Origin: Neolecta irregularis DAH-3
Lineage: Eukaryota
NCBI GenBank assembly: GCA_001929475.1
Contig: LXFE01000205.1
Location: forward strand, 1-52,690
Length of the DNA stretch: 52,690 nt
Direction of reading: 5' to 3'
Below the pieces are notes generated by a model. It was not told the DNA's origin. It worked only from the letters and a program-made list of their open reading frames with translations, and did not search any database. The first letter of the stretch is position 1; every line of letters begins with the position of its first letter. Shown one piece after another: positions 38,097 through 51,358 of the stretch. Made by a program: the position numbers and the translations under genes.

Positions 38097-38165
38097 AGTT
38101 TTCTCGATTCGTTTCTGGTGTTCCATGGGAGTCCCCACTTCGTCCCCTCAACTTCCCCATCCTAA

Positions 38166-39545
38166 ATGGCCGACCAAGCAACCGCTATTCAGCAATTTGT
38201 AGAGATCACAGGGGCCTCTGAAGCTCAGGCAAGGTTTTTTCTCTCAGCCTCGAAATGGGACATGAATGTACATTCTTCAGCAATCATATTGAATGTAACA
38301 CAGTCCAAAGCTTGCAGTAACTAGTTTCTTTCAAAAAGATTCGGCAGAAACAAGCGAAGGTCCTGAAGAGCCTGCTCAGTCGACATCAGTTTCGGTTCCT
38401 GCCCAAAGATTACAACGTATTCCGTATCTATCAACAGCTACCTAAATCAATTCTAACTTAGGAGTCAGCGTGGAAATATCGCAACCCTTGGTTCGATAGG
38501 AGATCCGATGGACGAGGATAGCGATTCGGAGACTGATAATCCAGAGTACTTCGCCGGTGGAGAGAAATCGTACATCTAACCAGTCCCATTTCATTTGGTG
38601 ACCGAACTTAGTGGACTATCCCTCCAGGATCCAAAAAAGAAACGAGACAACACCATTCAAGATATCCTCAGAAAGGCAGCACAAGCTCCTGAACTATCGG
38701 AGAACGATAATGATCTTCAAACCAATCACTTTGCCGGAACAGGTATCGGTTGTTTTTTAAACTAATTGACATAAAGGACACACATTAGGCGGCGAAGACA
38801 AAGAATCTACTGTAGTCAATCCCCAGAACGAGCGGCCATCTCGACATCCTAAGGTTACTCGAATCCTGAATTTTTGGAAAGATGGAATAAGTGTAGATGA
38901 TGGACCGCTGTTGAGATATGATGATCCTGCGAACGAAAGCATTCTGAATGATATTAACTCTGGGTACGAGGTTCCATAATCTAGCATGTTGATTGTGACA
39001 GGCGGGCCCCAATGGCTTTGTTGGGCGTTGAATATGGCCAGCCAGTTGACGTCAACATCAATAAACAGTTGGATCAAGAGTTCAAAGCTCTGAAAAAGCT
39101 GAATACTTGGGAAGGATCTGGGTACAGGCTAGGAAGGTACTCTAGGTATACGGTTCAGGACTCTTATTCCTTTAGTCAAATACCGGATGAACCTGCTCCT
39201 GCAGCATCCTTCCCTTCCGCACCAGCACCTGTAGAACATCTTCCCTTCGGACTTGAGCTCACGGATGGCCAACCTGTAACATCTGTCCAAATCCGTCTTT
39301 CAGATGGCACACGCATTGTTTCAAGAGTGAATTTATCCCATACAGTGGGGGACCTCTACAAGATCATCAACATGTTCGTACACGCCACCGTGAACAATTC
39401 TAAGAACACTAGGAGTCGACCAGATATGGCACCTCAAAATTTTGTCTTGCAGTCGTCATTTCCAATGAGGGAACTCAATGATAGATCGCAGTCAATTCAG
39501 GACGCTAAATTGCAAAATGCTGTTGTAGTTCAAAAGATGACTTAA
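38166..39545 (+). CDS. SHP1: Cdc48 adaptor Shp1/p47 (UBA-SEP-UBX), 8 exons
   Basis: QFVEITGA UBA-like domain, FAGGEKS|G, FWKDGISVDDGPL SEP domain, GSGYRLG SHP box, VQIRLSDGTR..FP UBX domain. Confidence 0.93.
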
Positions 39546-39591
39546 ATATATATACAAAAATCCATACTATACAATTGGAAGAAGAGGCGTC

Positions 39592-40282
39592 TTATCTAAA
39601 AAGCCTGCTGTGAACGCGGCTCTGTGGAACTGTATTGGTCTCTTCCTTATGCAAGCGATATGCTTCACGCAGATGCTCAGGAGTCAACGCACCTCTGTGA
39701 CCTCGAGAATTGCGTATTTCGAGAGCTGAAAATATCAGATTAGGTCTAAAACGAATCGCAGATGCCTTTCTCAACAATTTCACCAACGAAGACTTTCCCA
39801 AATCCGGCTACTACAATAGGGATATTTGCTGTGACGTTTTGTGCAAGCATTTGGTTGACGACCTGAAGAATCAGTCAGTAAAGGGTGATAATACATTGTC
39901 CCACCTTTTTCACGGCGGTCTTATTGAGATTTCCTCTTCGAAAGGCTTCATATCGACTCATCTGCTCCGTCGTGAATTTATTCATGAGCATGGCCATCTG
40001 CGCTGACTCCTCTTCTTTACTCGTTCCCTCGAGAACCTGGGAAATTTGAGTGGCGCCCCAATCTTCATCTTCAATTTCCTCATCTGACTCTTGGTGAGCA
40101 GCTGGAGTCTGTGCTTCATTTTGCAAGAAGGGTGATTCAATATATTGAGGAGTGTCTGCAAGAGGGGTCTTTGGAGTCCTTGCTGCATCTTGCAGTAGAT
40201 TCTGTTGGGATTTACGTCTTTTACGGAGAATCTGGGAATTTGCTGGTGGAGAAGCAGCGCTGGAAGGAGAACTTGCAGTCAT
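39592..40282 (-). CDS. TAF11: TFIID subunit TAF11 (histone fold)
   Basis: FTTEQMSRYEAFRR, KVFVGEIVEK|ALEI, GALTPEHLREAYRL; second intron 39726-39765 is GC-AG. Confidence 0.92.
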
Positions 40283-40422
40283 TGGAAGAAATGTGTACAG
40301 GATAGGTTTATGTGAAAAAAAATTGAGTACATACAAAAGAGAAACCCAAATGCAGTAACAAAACTATGTAGAATCCTCTCCAACCAAATGCTCCTCCCAG
40401 AATAGATGAACGTCCCAGAAGC

Positions 40423-41034
40423 CTATAATCCAACAGGAACAGCATCCGATAATGGTAACGACTTGTCTACAGGCTCAATAAACTCTTCTTCTGAAATGTC
40501 TTCCGACCCACCAGAGTCAATCTTTTTAGAAATAATCTTCGTCAAGTACGAACCATCGGGTTGAAGAATTCTCGTGGTTGATCTGAAAGATGCTTTGTAC
40601 GAAGTCTGCTTATTCTTATCATTATCTGGTTGCCTTAACGATTTGACAAAGCTACTCTCCAAACTCTCCGGATCACTATTCGTGGAAGAGAGTGGCAAGT
40701 CCAATGGGATCTGAAAAATTCCGGTCATATAGACGCCAGGTGTCCCTTTAAATCCTTTCAGAGAGATATCTCGGAGAGGCATGCGAGTAGCGAAGAATTC
40801 CCACTGCGGTGCAATGACGTCTAACAAGGATATTTTTGGACTGGATATTGATGATGAACTTAGCGAATCAAAAATTTCAAAAGGGGCGAGAGTCGGCGAG
40901 TCAATGTGAAAAGGCAATCCTGTGATTGACCTGACAATATCGCGACGAAGATTGACGAAAAAATCTTCGCAGAGATCAAAAAAATCCGGATCAGATGCCG
41001 CATCTTTGTTGGCAGAGTGCATGTTGGCTGGCAT
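40423..41034 (-). CDS. Hypothetical protein (single exon)
   Basis: 203-codon ORF; C-terminal beta-hairpin-like segment TTRILQPDGSYLTKIISKK. Confidence 0.65.
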   Translation of the reverse strand: MPANMHSANKDAASDPDFFDLCEDFFVNLRRDIVRSITGLPFHIDSPTLAPFEIFDSLSSSSISSPKISLLDVIAPQWEFFATRMPLRDISLKGFKGTPGVYMTGIFQIPLDLPLSSTNSDPESLESSFVKSLRQPDNDKNKQTSYKASFRSTTRILQPDGSYLTKIISKKIDSGGSEDISEEEFIEPVDKSLPLSDAVPVGL

Positions 41035-41437
41035 ATAGGCAGCGGCGGCAATATAGGCGCCTCATACTATACCGAGTGTCACGTGATAACGCTATATAAG
41101 GACCTTTAACGCGGTTTTATTTTTTGACATTCGCATCCAGACAGTGCCGCAATCCAGATTGTTTCACCATTCGTGCTTAGCCTTCGGAGTTTTTCCGCTG
41201 GTCTAGACACAGGAGAAATCACTCCCAGTGCTGTTGCGGGCTATTCATGATGCACAGAATAACAGGGCTTAAAAGAGCAGACTTTGTCTTTTCATGGCAT
41301 TCACTGTGTCAGAAATCCCATATATCGTTGTCACCTATAATTCATAGAATAGATGTCTCTATGATATACATAACAAATGCGCCTTCCATTGCCCTAAACA
41401 TGCCTAACGGAATGAAAAATAAAGAAAATGTTTTTGT

Positions 41438-44400
41438 TCATTGTAACAATTTTCCCAGAATCAACGATTGCACGATCCACTCGAGTGTGACTACACGGGA
41501 ATAACGCCCAAATGCTCCTTCTGCCCTGCGAAGTTCGTCAGGACTCACCAAGACAAGGAGGGATGCTGGTTGATTCATTTTTGCTCGCATAATCTGTGAA
41601 GCGTCGAATTCCGTAATTCGAAAAGATATATCCGCGCCCATAGCTCTTGCCAGAAACAAATATGTCTTCTATGCAAGCGTTAGCATATGTCCATAATGCT
41701 GGATCGCACTACCCTCCCTTCGTCCTTGTTCTTAGAAGTCATAACAGCAACTGACATCCCACTTAGTAGCCCCTTTCGGTCTGTCAAGCATACTCCAAAA
41801 GATAGCTGGATAGGCTTCACGGTCATTGATTTCACACAACCTAGATATTCGGACTCGCCGGCGGGAAGAAGGTATGGTCCAAAGTCAATCACCTCGTTCT
41901 ATAATGATTTTTCAGTGGTTTTCTAAATTTGAGATATACGTGAGATACGCAATCCTCCACAAAACGCACAGAAAGGCAAGGAAGACCAAAAGCTAACGCC
42001 TGAAGGTATTTGACCTTTCGACAATGGCTATCCGCAATAACACAGGCAAATTTTAAATTTCGGTATTCGGTAAGAATACTCATTACGCCTTGTCCCTGGC
42101 CAGAATGTTTGACGAAATCCTTGTGTTTGAAGAAAAGCTCTTCGAAGCCGGAATCAAGAACAATTCCAGAATGAAGCTCAATCGATTGCCGCAGATCGTG
42201 ACGGATATGGTCAGCATGGGGAGACAAGGTAATAGCAAAAGCAATTGAACCAAACAATTTGGAGATTGGTTCGAGGTTGACCTGACTATTTGGTGGTGTA
42301 GAGGTTGCACGAGGAACTGAACTGCGAGTAGTGATAAATTGTCTAGCGGGAGTTTCTCTATCACTATCTTCAGACTTACAAGTCCACGAATCCACTCCAA
42401 GAGCAGGGAATGTGCGATCACTAAGCTTATCAAACATCGACGGTGTCAGATATAATTTCTCGAGGGGAACGTCGGTAAGTATACCTGTATCTTTCCGTTT
42501 CGCTTTCAGACTTCGATGGTTTTCAACCTTTTCGACAACAAAGGTGGTTTTGCGGCAACCTTGCTCGTCGACTTTGACAACATCGCCTGGATGCAATTCG
42601 AATCGTTTTATGTGCAATCTATCAAGAGTAGTTTCGAATGTGTCATCAAATCGAACCCTGAGCTGCTTGGCTTCAGTTTTCGACCAAAGAGCGACTGGGG
42701 AAACAACCCGCGCGGGGTAGTAATAGGCCGGGTGGCCTTTGAATAAAGCGAACACTCTGTTACATTGCTTTAAACCTTGCGCAGCAGCTGCTGAAGATAC
42801 TGAGGTGGCGCGATCGGAGGTTTCTGAGACAGAACGGCTCCGAGATTTTACAAGACTGTTCGTATTTTCCATTACAATAGATAACATTGGAAGTGCCATT
42901 CCCTGTTGCTTGCGGGATTTGGTATCTGCTGAAATTGGCGTAGTATTCTTATTTTGACTATCTTGAACAACTGTGATCCCAGCTGTACGGAATTTCTTCA
43001 GTCGTCGAATTTCGCTACTTGGAGATACTTCATTTTCTTGGGATTCGATAACTGAAGGAGGGTTATCAGTCAATTGCTTACGTTTAAGAACAACATTGGC
43101 GGTAGTTGAGAGGGTATTCTGGTGCTCTAGAGTCGGGGATTGACTTCTTGTAGATCGTTGTCTAAATCTCGATAGGACAACAGGTTTATATGGTAACTCG
43201 GATGAAGGGTAAGATACTCCATTGCCATATTTAGGAGATAGAACACGACTTGGAGTTTTGTCAGCTAGTTGTGTCGCCTTATAAATTGGGGAAGTCTCAA
43301 AGACTGTTCCTGGTATTTCAACCTCACGACGCATAAACGGTGTGGCCATTGTGTCTTGACTCTCTGGTGACGAACCCTTAATCGCGAAGGACATTTTCCT
43401 TTCCTCAGACCTCGTTGTTATCCGGAAACCTGCGTCCGCAGTGTACTGGGCATTTGAGAGCCCGGTTTTCTGATCGACTTGTGTACCGAGTTCGTACTGT
43501 ATTGGCGACGGATAGGGAGCTGGTGATTTAGAATCAGAGGCTGGTTGGGGCGGGAGAAGTAGGGGTAACCCCGGAGAATCCCCTTTCAGTGAATTCACAA
43601 GTAGCGAGTCTGGAGTCTGATTCTCGTAACCATAATTACTTTGTAAAGGAGCCGATGAGAAGGGACGCTCTGGCAGATCGTCTTCCTCGTCCATTCCTTG
43701 TGCAAGATTTGTATCTACGTTTGCGCTGCGACAACGCCCAAGCTGAGGATGTTTCCCAAATTCATTGTCTTCGAGAAATGGTTCATTATCTGAAGTTGGA
43801 AGAACAATTGGCTTGCGGAGTTCATCAAACGCCCTTAAACGGTCGACATGATTTGTCCTATGCTTCCGCTTTCGAGTCCTCGGTAATGACGTAGAAGCGA
43901 CTCGAATGTTTGAAGCTTTTTCAGCAACATCTTGATGTCTCCCAGAAGTCTTATGAGAGTAACTCCCTTGCAGCTCTACCAGGGATCTTGATGGCTTCAT
44001 TTTCACTGATTGAGGTAACGGAGATGACTCCGCTTCTGGAGAATCTTGGAAGAATTGAGATAGTCGTAAATTTTGACTCGTTTTACTGCATCCATATGGT
44101 GTTTCAAATTCTTGAGTGGCCCCAGCACATAAAATAGGCGAAGGCGGCTTGAAAGACGAGTGCTGTTGATTCATAGGATCTAATGAACCCCATGAAGCTC
44201 GCGCAGTCGACTGCCCAATTGGACCAAATTTATCATTTGTACTAATTGATGCAACTCGAAGCTGCGAAAGACCTTCTTCATCATGATCCGATTGGCTAAA
44301 TGAATCGTTATTTTGGTCTTTAGACTTACGAAGAGAGGCTGGTGACGACTGAGAAGTTGATAGGTGCTGTTGAGGACTTTGGCGAATTCGTTCGCTCAAT

Positions 44401-44586
44401 ACTGATTCGGGGACTTCGTCAGTATATTGTGTAGTCTCCTTCTTCGACTGATCATGACTTTGCCGCGAGATTGCAAATTTGCGAATTTGATTATCATCCT
44501 GTAAGTACAGTTATTCAAGGAAAATCTAGTTCAGGTTAACATACTTCGATAATCTGAGAGTTCTTCAAGAGTTCTTGAGGGTCCAT
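41438..44586 (-). CDS. crb2: DNA-damage checkpoint mediator Crb2/Rad9/53BP1-like (SQ/TQ-rich N-terminus, tandem Tudor, BRCT pair)
   Basis: RVFALFKG..YYPARV..VRFDD Tudor domain; FACVIADSHCRKVKYLQALAFGLPCLS and EWIVQSLILG BRCT motifs; 3 introns. Confidence 0.88.
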
Positions 44587-44869
44587 CTCAAGGATAGTAA
44601 GGTCTTATGTTACAAAAATTCAATTAAATACCATCCAAAAAACGGATCTCTACAGATCTGTGGGAAAAGGTAAACAGTTATGGGTCTGATTTGACGTGGG
44701 ATTGTAGTGATCAATGGGCGACTTGCCTCTTTCGGTCACTCATCACCAGATAGATTGGACATCCGTTGAACGGACGTGACACCTGACAACTCCGACAACT
44801 ACAGAAATATATCGCATATCATTATCTTGCCTTGATATCTGGAAGATCTGTCGAAGTTAGCTAGATGCG

Positions 44870-47287
44870 ATGGATGATTTGATTGGGTTGCAATGGTCTT
44901 CGAATGCTTCAACCTCCAATCAATCCACCCAACCGGTATCCTCAAGCACTCAGAATACAGCAAAAGGATGGTTTCGGCAGCCTTCTTCGTCCCGCGCCTT
45001 GAAGAATGCAAGTCCTGCACCTCCAGACTCCTTTTCTGGGCTAGTAGAGCTTAGCAAATCGCCCGTCTACGGACGATCGACTTCCACTCAATCAAAAGAT
45101 TCGGCTGCAGCTGCCAGCCAGAATGATACGAATAAATTTGGGATTCATATTCCAATTACTTCAGCCGCTGAAATTCAACAAAAATGTGTCTCAAGTACCC
45201 CTACGTATCGCTTCTGCAGACTGTACAAAACTCACTATCTAGCCACTTGGTGACCAGTTTGTACCCCTCATCAGAAACAGATGTAGTCCAGTGTCAATAT
45301 TTCCAGCCGCCTTTGAAGTTTGAAGCCAATGATTTAGAAGATCCATTTAGTCTCTCGTCTTTCAATGGAGATCTTCAAACCCCTCGAGCCTCAAGACACA
45401 ATCGTGCTTCGATCGAGGAAGGAATGAACTTTGATATTCTTGGAATTTTAGGTCAGCCAATCAGCGTTTCTGAATCGCCCGAAACGCATTCGAGTTCTGT
45501 CGTTTCGGAGCAGCCAACTCAAGACCCTCGCGATGAAGCTATCACCTCGATTATTGATATGGGTTTCTCCATCGAGCAAGCTTTAGCAGCTTTATCCGAG
45601 ACAGATACAGGCTTCGACCTCGAGATGGCTTTAGACCTCCTTCTTCGGCAGAAATACAACGAGGAACGCAAGGAGAGCGATTATTATAGTACCAGCTCGA
45701 AAGAAAGCCCTGTTGTTCCTGCGAGGTGGGATGTTCAAAATCATGTATCAAAAGCTCGCGACCCTCGAAAATCCAGTTCCCAAGCTAGATCATACCAATC
45801 ATTCGGCAGCAATAGGTCTACACCAGAATTGCTTCCTGCATTCTTCAACCGGGCAGGAAGTATATGGAAACAGTCAAGGGCGAAGGTCCAAAAAACGGTA
45901 GAAGATTTCTCGAAAGATGATTCAGGAAACCAGGTGCCAAAATGGATGAGAGAAAGCTCAAGTCAAGGATCAAGCAGGACACAAACTCCGGCTAATCACA
46001 TAACTGAAGAGGCCAAAATGCTTGAAATGGAAAAGCCGAAACGAAAAGGAGAAAAATTCGTCGACAACAGACAAAATTTACCAGTAACACCACAGAGCTC
46101 CTCACAACCAAAGACTAAAGTCACGCGGAAGACATCCCTATCTGATCTTGACCAGAAAGCCGAGAAACCTTATGTAAGTCCGCTCAGAAGACGAAAGCAA
46201 GCCCTGGAATCCGAATCGTCACAGAATTTCAATAACATCACTGCAGGTTTGAAGATCCATCCAACCATCCCCAACGGTTTGAAAGCCGCGACTTCTCGAT
46301 CTGAATCTCCGGCAAATCCTCAATATGTCTCCCAGTCACATTTGATGCGACCACTTATACAAATATCACCAGGTTCCTTATCAAATGTCACAAAGTATCG
46401 GCTACAAGGTTTGAAGGCTTTCCAGAGGGGGGATTTCCCAGCTGCATTGGAATCATACACCAACGCTCTCTCAACCCTTCCTCCGCTTCATGAGCTTCGA
46501 ATCATCATCCATGCGAACCAGGCGTTGTGTAACATAAAACTTGGAGACGCAAAAGCAGCAATACAAAATAGCGAAGATGGGCTTCTCATTATCGGTCCTG
46601 GCAAAGGGAAAAATGAATATATCAATCTAGACAACTCCATAAGAGATATGAAGCAGCTCTGGGTTAAAACCGTGACAAGAAAGGCTCAGGCGTTTGAACA
46701 ACTCGAGCGGTACTCAGAAGCTAAGGAAGCCTGGACTCTTTTACTGAACGAAGGCTTCAGCGGACAAGTAGCTCTTGAAGGTAAACGACGATGTGAAAAG
46801 GCATTTGCTCCCATACCTGTGAGTGTGGCACAAAGATCTGCAACTGTTTATCGTCCAAAACCCTCAAGATCTTTGAATAGCGAAGCAGTTACAAGACTTC
46901 GCCAAACAACTGCCGAATTAGCCGAAGAAGACGCAAGGAAGCTTGCTATGCATGACTTTGTCTCCTCAAAAATCGACGCTTGGCAGCGTGGCAAAGAACT
47001 CAATGTTCGTGCTCTACTCGCTAGTCTCGACAACGTTCTTTGGCCCGAAACCGGTTGGCAGAATGTAGGAATGGATAAATTGGTCAACCCCGCAAGAGTC
47101 AAATTTTTTTATTTTAAAGCAATTGCCAAAGTTCATCCTGATAAGGTGTGTTTAAAAAAAGGTGTTAAGCTGATGTTGCTAGATTTCAAAAGAAGCAACC
47201 ACTGAACAAAAAATGCTCTCTGCTTCTGTTTTTTCAGCTTTGAACAAAGCATGGGATGATTTCAAGGCGTTAAATGGGCTGTCATAG
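44870..47287 (+). CDS. SWA2: Auxilin-like clathrin uncoating factor (UBA-TPR-J)
   Basis: MDDLIGLQW N-terminus, IIDMGFSIEQA UBA, TPR region, NVRALLASL..KAIAKVHPDK J domain; 2 introns. Confidence 0.9.
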
Positions 47288-47765
47288 GATGTGTGTAATG
47301 TATGGGCTACCCGACCTGAGTCACAGAAGGAAAGAATGTATACGAGTCTATGTCAACACTCTGACTCATGGGGAAAACAAGTTTAAAGATATTTTAGGGT
47401 ATAGTAGAATCAATACTTAAGGATTGATCAATGAAGAATCGGAGATCAATCGACTAGGGCCTCTATCCTCTTATCGCTGATGTTGCTGGTAATATGGGAA
47501 GCAGACAATTCCAGCGATAGGACCCAATTTTACTTCCAGTTAGTCGATTCAGAATTCCTGCCGCAGACAATAGCGCTTATACTGACACAAGTTCTCAAGC
47601 ATTGGCGGGCGGGCGTTGGGCACCTATAATTCAAGTTCTAAAATGAAATGTATTGAAGTAGATGGCTATTCGACACATCAATGTCTTACACTCATTTCAA
47701 AGAGTAGTCAAACATGTTAATCCTTCAAGGCTATAAATGTCCACATTCACCCTACTCTTGGTAAC

Positions 47766-49117
47766 ATGACTTTGGCGAATATTTTGGCTATTCTTTTGTG
47801 CTCAGTGCTTTCACATGCAACTGAGCGCATAACGCAGATACCCGTTGGGATTTCGGATGCTGGTTCTGGGAGCATCTCTTCCCAGGCCGACAATTCTGCC
47901 TTCGGAATACCTCAGGGGTATGAAGCCTGTGGAGAGAGTCCCAAGGGGAATGTGAGATGGGTTGAAAACCCGGAGGTGCAATCGAGTTTGGACGATTACA
48001 CAATTCTTTATTCTGATTTTTCTATAGTTACGTATTCACAAATTGAAAGAGGATCCACAATTACTATGATGCGCAGTCCTCGGTTGCTCAGATCTTGGAG
48101 TGGTTGGCTTGATAATGTCGAGGAGTCCGAGATTGGAAATCCTGAAGACGAGTTAGATAAGCAGGAATTACTGCGGCGTCTCAAATTACGGAGAAGGTCT
48201 CGTGTAAGAGGAGAGAAATTTGGACCGGACCATGCGATTTACGAAAACAGCGATTTCGGCTCTTCACTTCCACAGCATTTCGATTTGAGCCAAACTGGAC
48301 AAACTGAGTTGTCAAGTTCTACTGACAATTTGCTTCCATTCTGTGTGTCAGGGCCATTATATGCAGGCTCCTTGGAGGAAATTTCCCGGATACCGGGATT
48401 TCCAAAGAAAACTGTGCGCTTTGCGGATGAATTAGAGTACTCTCAATATCACGAGAGTGATTTGGTCCTGTCTGACCAAGACACCGGCGTACCTTTCCCA
48501 AACGCCCACAATTCTAATATCAGATAGGAGAAGAGGCTCTCAGCGAATCCAATCTTGGGAACGGGAAGAAATTCGACGTAATCCTCCGCAAACCAGTTTC
48601 TGAGTTGTTACTCGCTCCACGTGGTTTTGAGTTACAAGTTCAGAGCGGCAAGAATGTGCTTGGGTCATTGTACGTGGATACTGCTAGCAATACCCTTCGA
48701 ATGACGGAAACATCCTCTTTGGACTTGAAGAGCAGCAGTGAAGATTTCATCCTCACTCGAGAGGGCTTTTTGAGACATGAGAAATCGCAATTATTTGTAG
48801 GGGATTTCTTCACTCAGTATCCCAAGAGCCTTTATCTAAGAGCTACTCCAGTCAAGATGCTTCATTTGACACAAGAACAATCACAACTCCCGCTAGAACA
48901 GTTGCAATACGTGGTCGAGCAGTTTGAAATTGATCGATTTGGATCCCTCCATTCCAAAGTAAGAGCAAGATGGACGCCTTTGATCTGCAAAACTGCAGAG
49001 GGAATCTATCAAGTTTATTACAATTTTAGGAGAGCATATAAAGGGGAAGACTGTCGCGCAGTTCAATTGACGATTATTGGGCGGTCAAAGAAGGACAAGG
49101 ATTGTAGTATCATGTAG
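47766..49117 (+). CDS. Secreted protein with a C-terminal fungal cell-wall beta-domain-like region
   Basis: Signal peptide MTLANILAILLCSVLSHA; TATA at ~47732; a 35-nt intron near 48489 joins the ORFs in frame; C-terminal W..C..Y..C..V.L pattern. Confidence 0.7.
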
Positions 49118-49671
49118 AAATATAATCGGTCATACTTTACGGCGTCAGATTTGACGTCCATTTCTTTACAATATGAAATTAATTCTTGATTGAAATCATC
49201 TATCACATGTGAAAGTTTTAACTGGTTTATGTGTTGGTAAATTCGACGTTGTTTTCATCCAATGGTTGTTAAACAGACATATATCTGCAAAAGTCCGAAA
49301 AAAGTGTCCCGCGTGGTATTACAATGAACTACTAAAAATAATCTTGTCCACGTAATTGACCAGAAATAAACTTTGACAATGGCCACAAACAGGATAGACT
49401 AGATCGCAATGTAGAACAATCCCTTATCAGATTAATCGACATAGCACCAAACGTTCATAAAAAAAAATTAATTCATCCAACACTCCAAAACATCATCACG
49501 TTAGAATTCAGCACGAAAATGGCTAGTGACTAAATTAAAAGCCAAAAAACGAAGAAAGGTGTCATCGCCCGGGAAAAAAAGTTGTCTGGTCTATTAAAAC
49601 GTGACTTTGGAGAAACTACCTTTGACCGATAATCTCGAGTCTTCCATTTCTTACACAAAAAAACAATAATA

Positions 49672-50349
49672 ATGAGAGGACTGGTGGTGATGCATCGGAT
49701 ACCAAGGGTTATGGTACCACCCCGTCTGTTTTTTTCAAGGATAAAGGCGGTACACCCTATTACATCCCGATTTTTCAATACACATAATCGTACAATAAGC
49801 CAAAATAAACACTTGAGAACTGAAAATATATAGCCCAAAGACATAAATCGCATTCAAATGAACCTATAGGACAACCGTAAATCCAATCAAGTGTGAGGTT
49901 TGACAAAGGTAGGTTAAAAGTAACGTTTGTGACGCCGCAGGACGAAAAGCGGACTCTTGATGTACATGAGGGCGAATCGTTGATGGATATAGCACAAGAG
50001 CATGACATTGACTTGGAATGTACCTTTATCTATAGTGTGAACACTTTACGCTGATGGTTGAAATAGGTGCATGTGAAGGGTCGATAGCTTGTTCAACATG
50101 TCATGTAATCGTACAACCTGAATTTTACGAAAAATTGCCTGAACCAACTGAAGAAGAAGAAGATATGCTTGACCTTGCTTTCGGCTTAACAGAGAGTACG
50201 TGTGCCCTTTTTAGTTACGGTACCTGAATTGTATAGCTAGTCGTTTGGGATGCCAAGTCATTATGAAAAAAGATATCGATGGACTTGTTGTAAAGTTACC
50301 TAGTGCAACACGAAATATACAACGCCTAGGAACACCAAAGACAGAATAA
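49672..50349 (+). CDS. YAH1: Mitochondrial 2Fe-2S ferredoxin (adrenodoxin type), 5 exons
   Basis: Spliced [38 protein letters not shown]; presequence; absent from the ORF track because of fragmentation. Confidence 0.93.
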
Positions 50350-50458
50350 ATAAATTAATCTATGGCGGGCGAGCTGTAGAGGATCGATCATATTTACAAG
50401 TATTGAAAATTCGAAATAGAGACCCCATGTTACAAGGATTAAACCATTCGAAATAAGG

Positions 50459-51255
50459 TCATGTATTTCCCTTTTTGATGAGATCTAAGAAACTGGCTTT
50501 AGATAGTTCGACAACTATACAAGAATAAGTATCATCCTACTTTTGAATTTTAAAATAATACCTTGATCTTGCCGTTGATCAATTCCACAAACGCCTTGTT
50601 CCTTGACTTGTTTGGATACTACTTCACTTTTAATCTGACTAGCTCTAATCGCATTGAAAAGTTGAATCACTACAGATAAACACCACTTTAAAATATACGA
50701 GAGGAATTTACCTCCTTGTTGAGCTGTCTTTCGTAACTTTTTTTCAGTTTGGAGGATTTTTCTGACGGTCTCTGGATCGTTGTTTTCGCCGGTTGGTAAA
50801 ATATCAATGACATGTCCGACATCTCGATCCTTTTTCTTCTGCGCCGATAACATCTTTTTAGCCTTGTACTCCAAAGTTTCTTCTTCTCGTACTCGATCAC
50901 TCGTCTTGGCTCGAATTAATATGGGGTCCTAAGATTAGTTTGGTTAGATATAGTTGTTACCGCTCGATCAGACGTTTTTATATGTGAATTAAGGATTTTG
51001 GCCATTGAAGTTGCGAAATCGGCTGTTTTTTCAGCTTGGGATTTGGTTTTTGGACGGATTTGGTGGTCTGAGTCTATTTCTTTGTCGTTTTCATCTTGTT
51101 CTGATTCGGTCTCATCGTCGGATTCTGTCGAATTAATACTGGAGAAATTCTTGAATACCGTTATCCATATACTGATCAGAACTCGATAATTCTTCGATTT
51201 TTCTTGGAAGGGAGGAGGTTTGCTGGTGTTTCTGTGGGTTTGCAGGTGGACCCAT
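50459..51255 (-). CDS. RRP15: Ribosomal RNA-processing protein Rrp15 (5 exons)
   Basis: FATSMAKIL, DPILIR, EKKLRKTAQQG|VIQLFNAIR, LSKASFLDLIK. Confidence 0.9.
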
Positions 51256-51358
51256 ATTGTAGAAGTAATTTTAAAAATTTGAGGTTGCGCTGGTAAGGTT
51301 AATAAACTTTGGGTTCCGCCGACCGCGTTGTGCCTCAAAATTGGACGGGTAAATCGAA

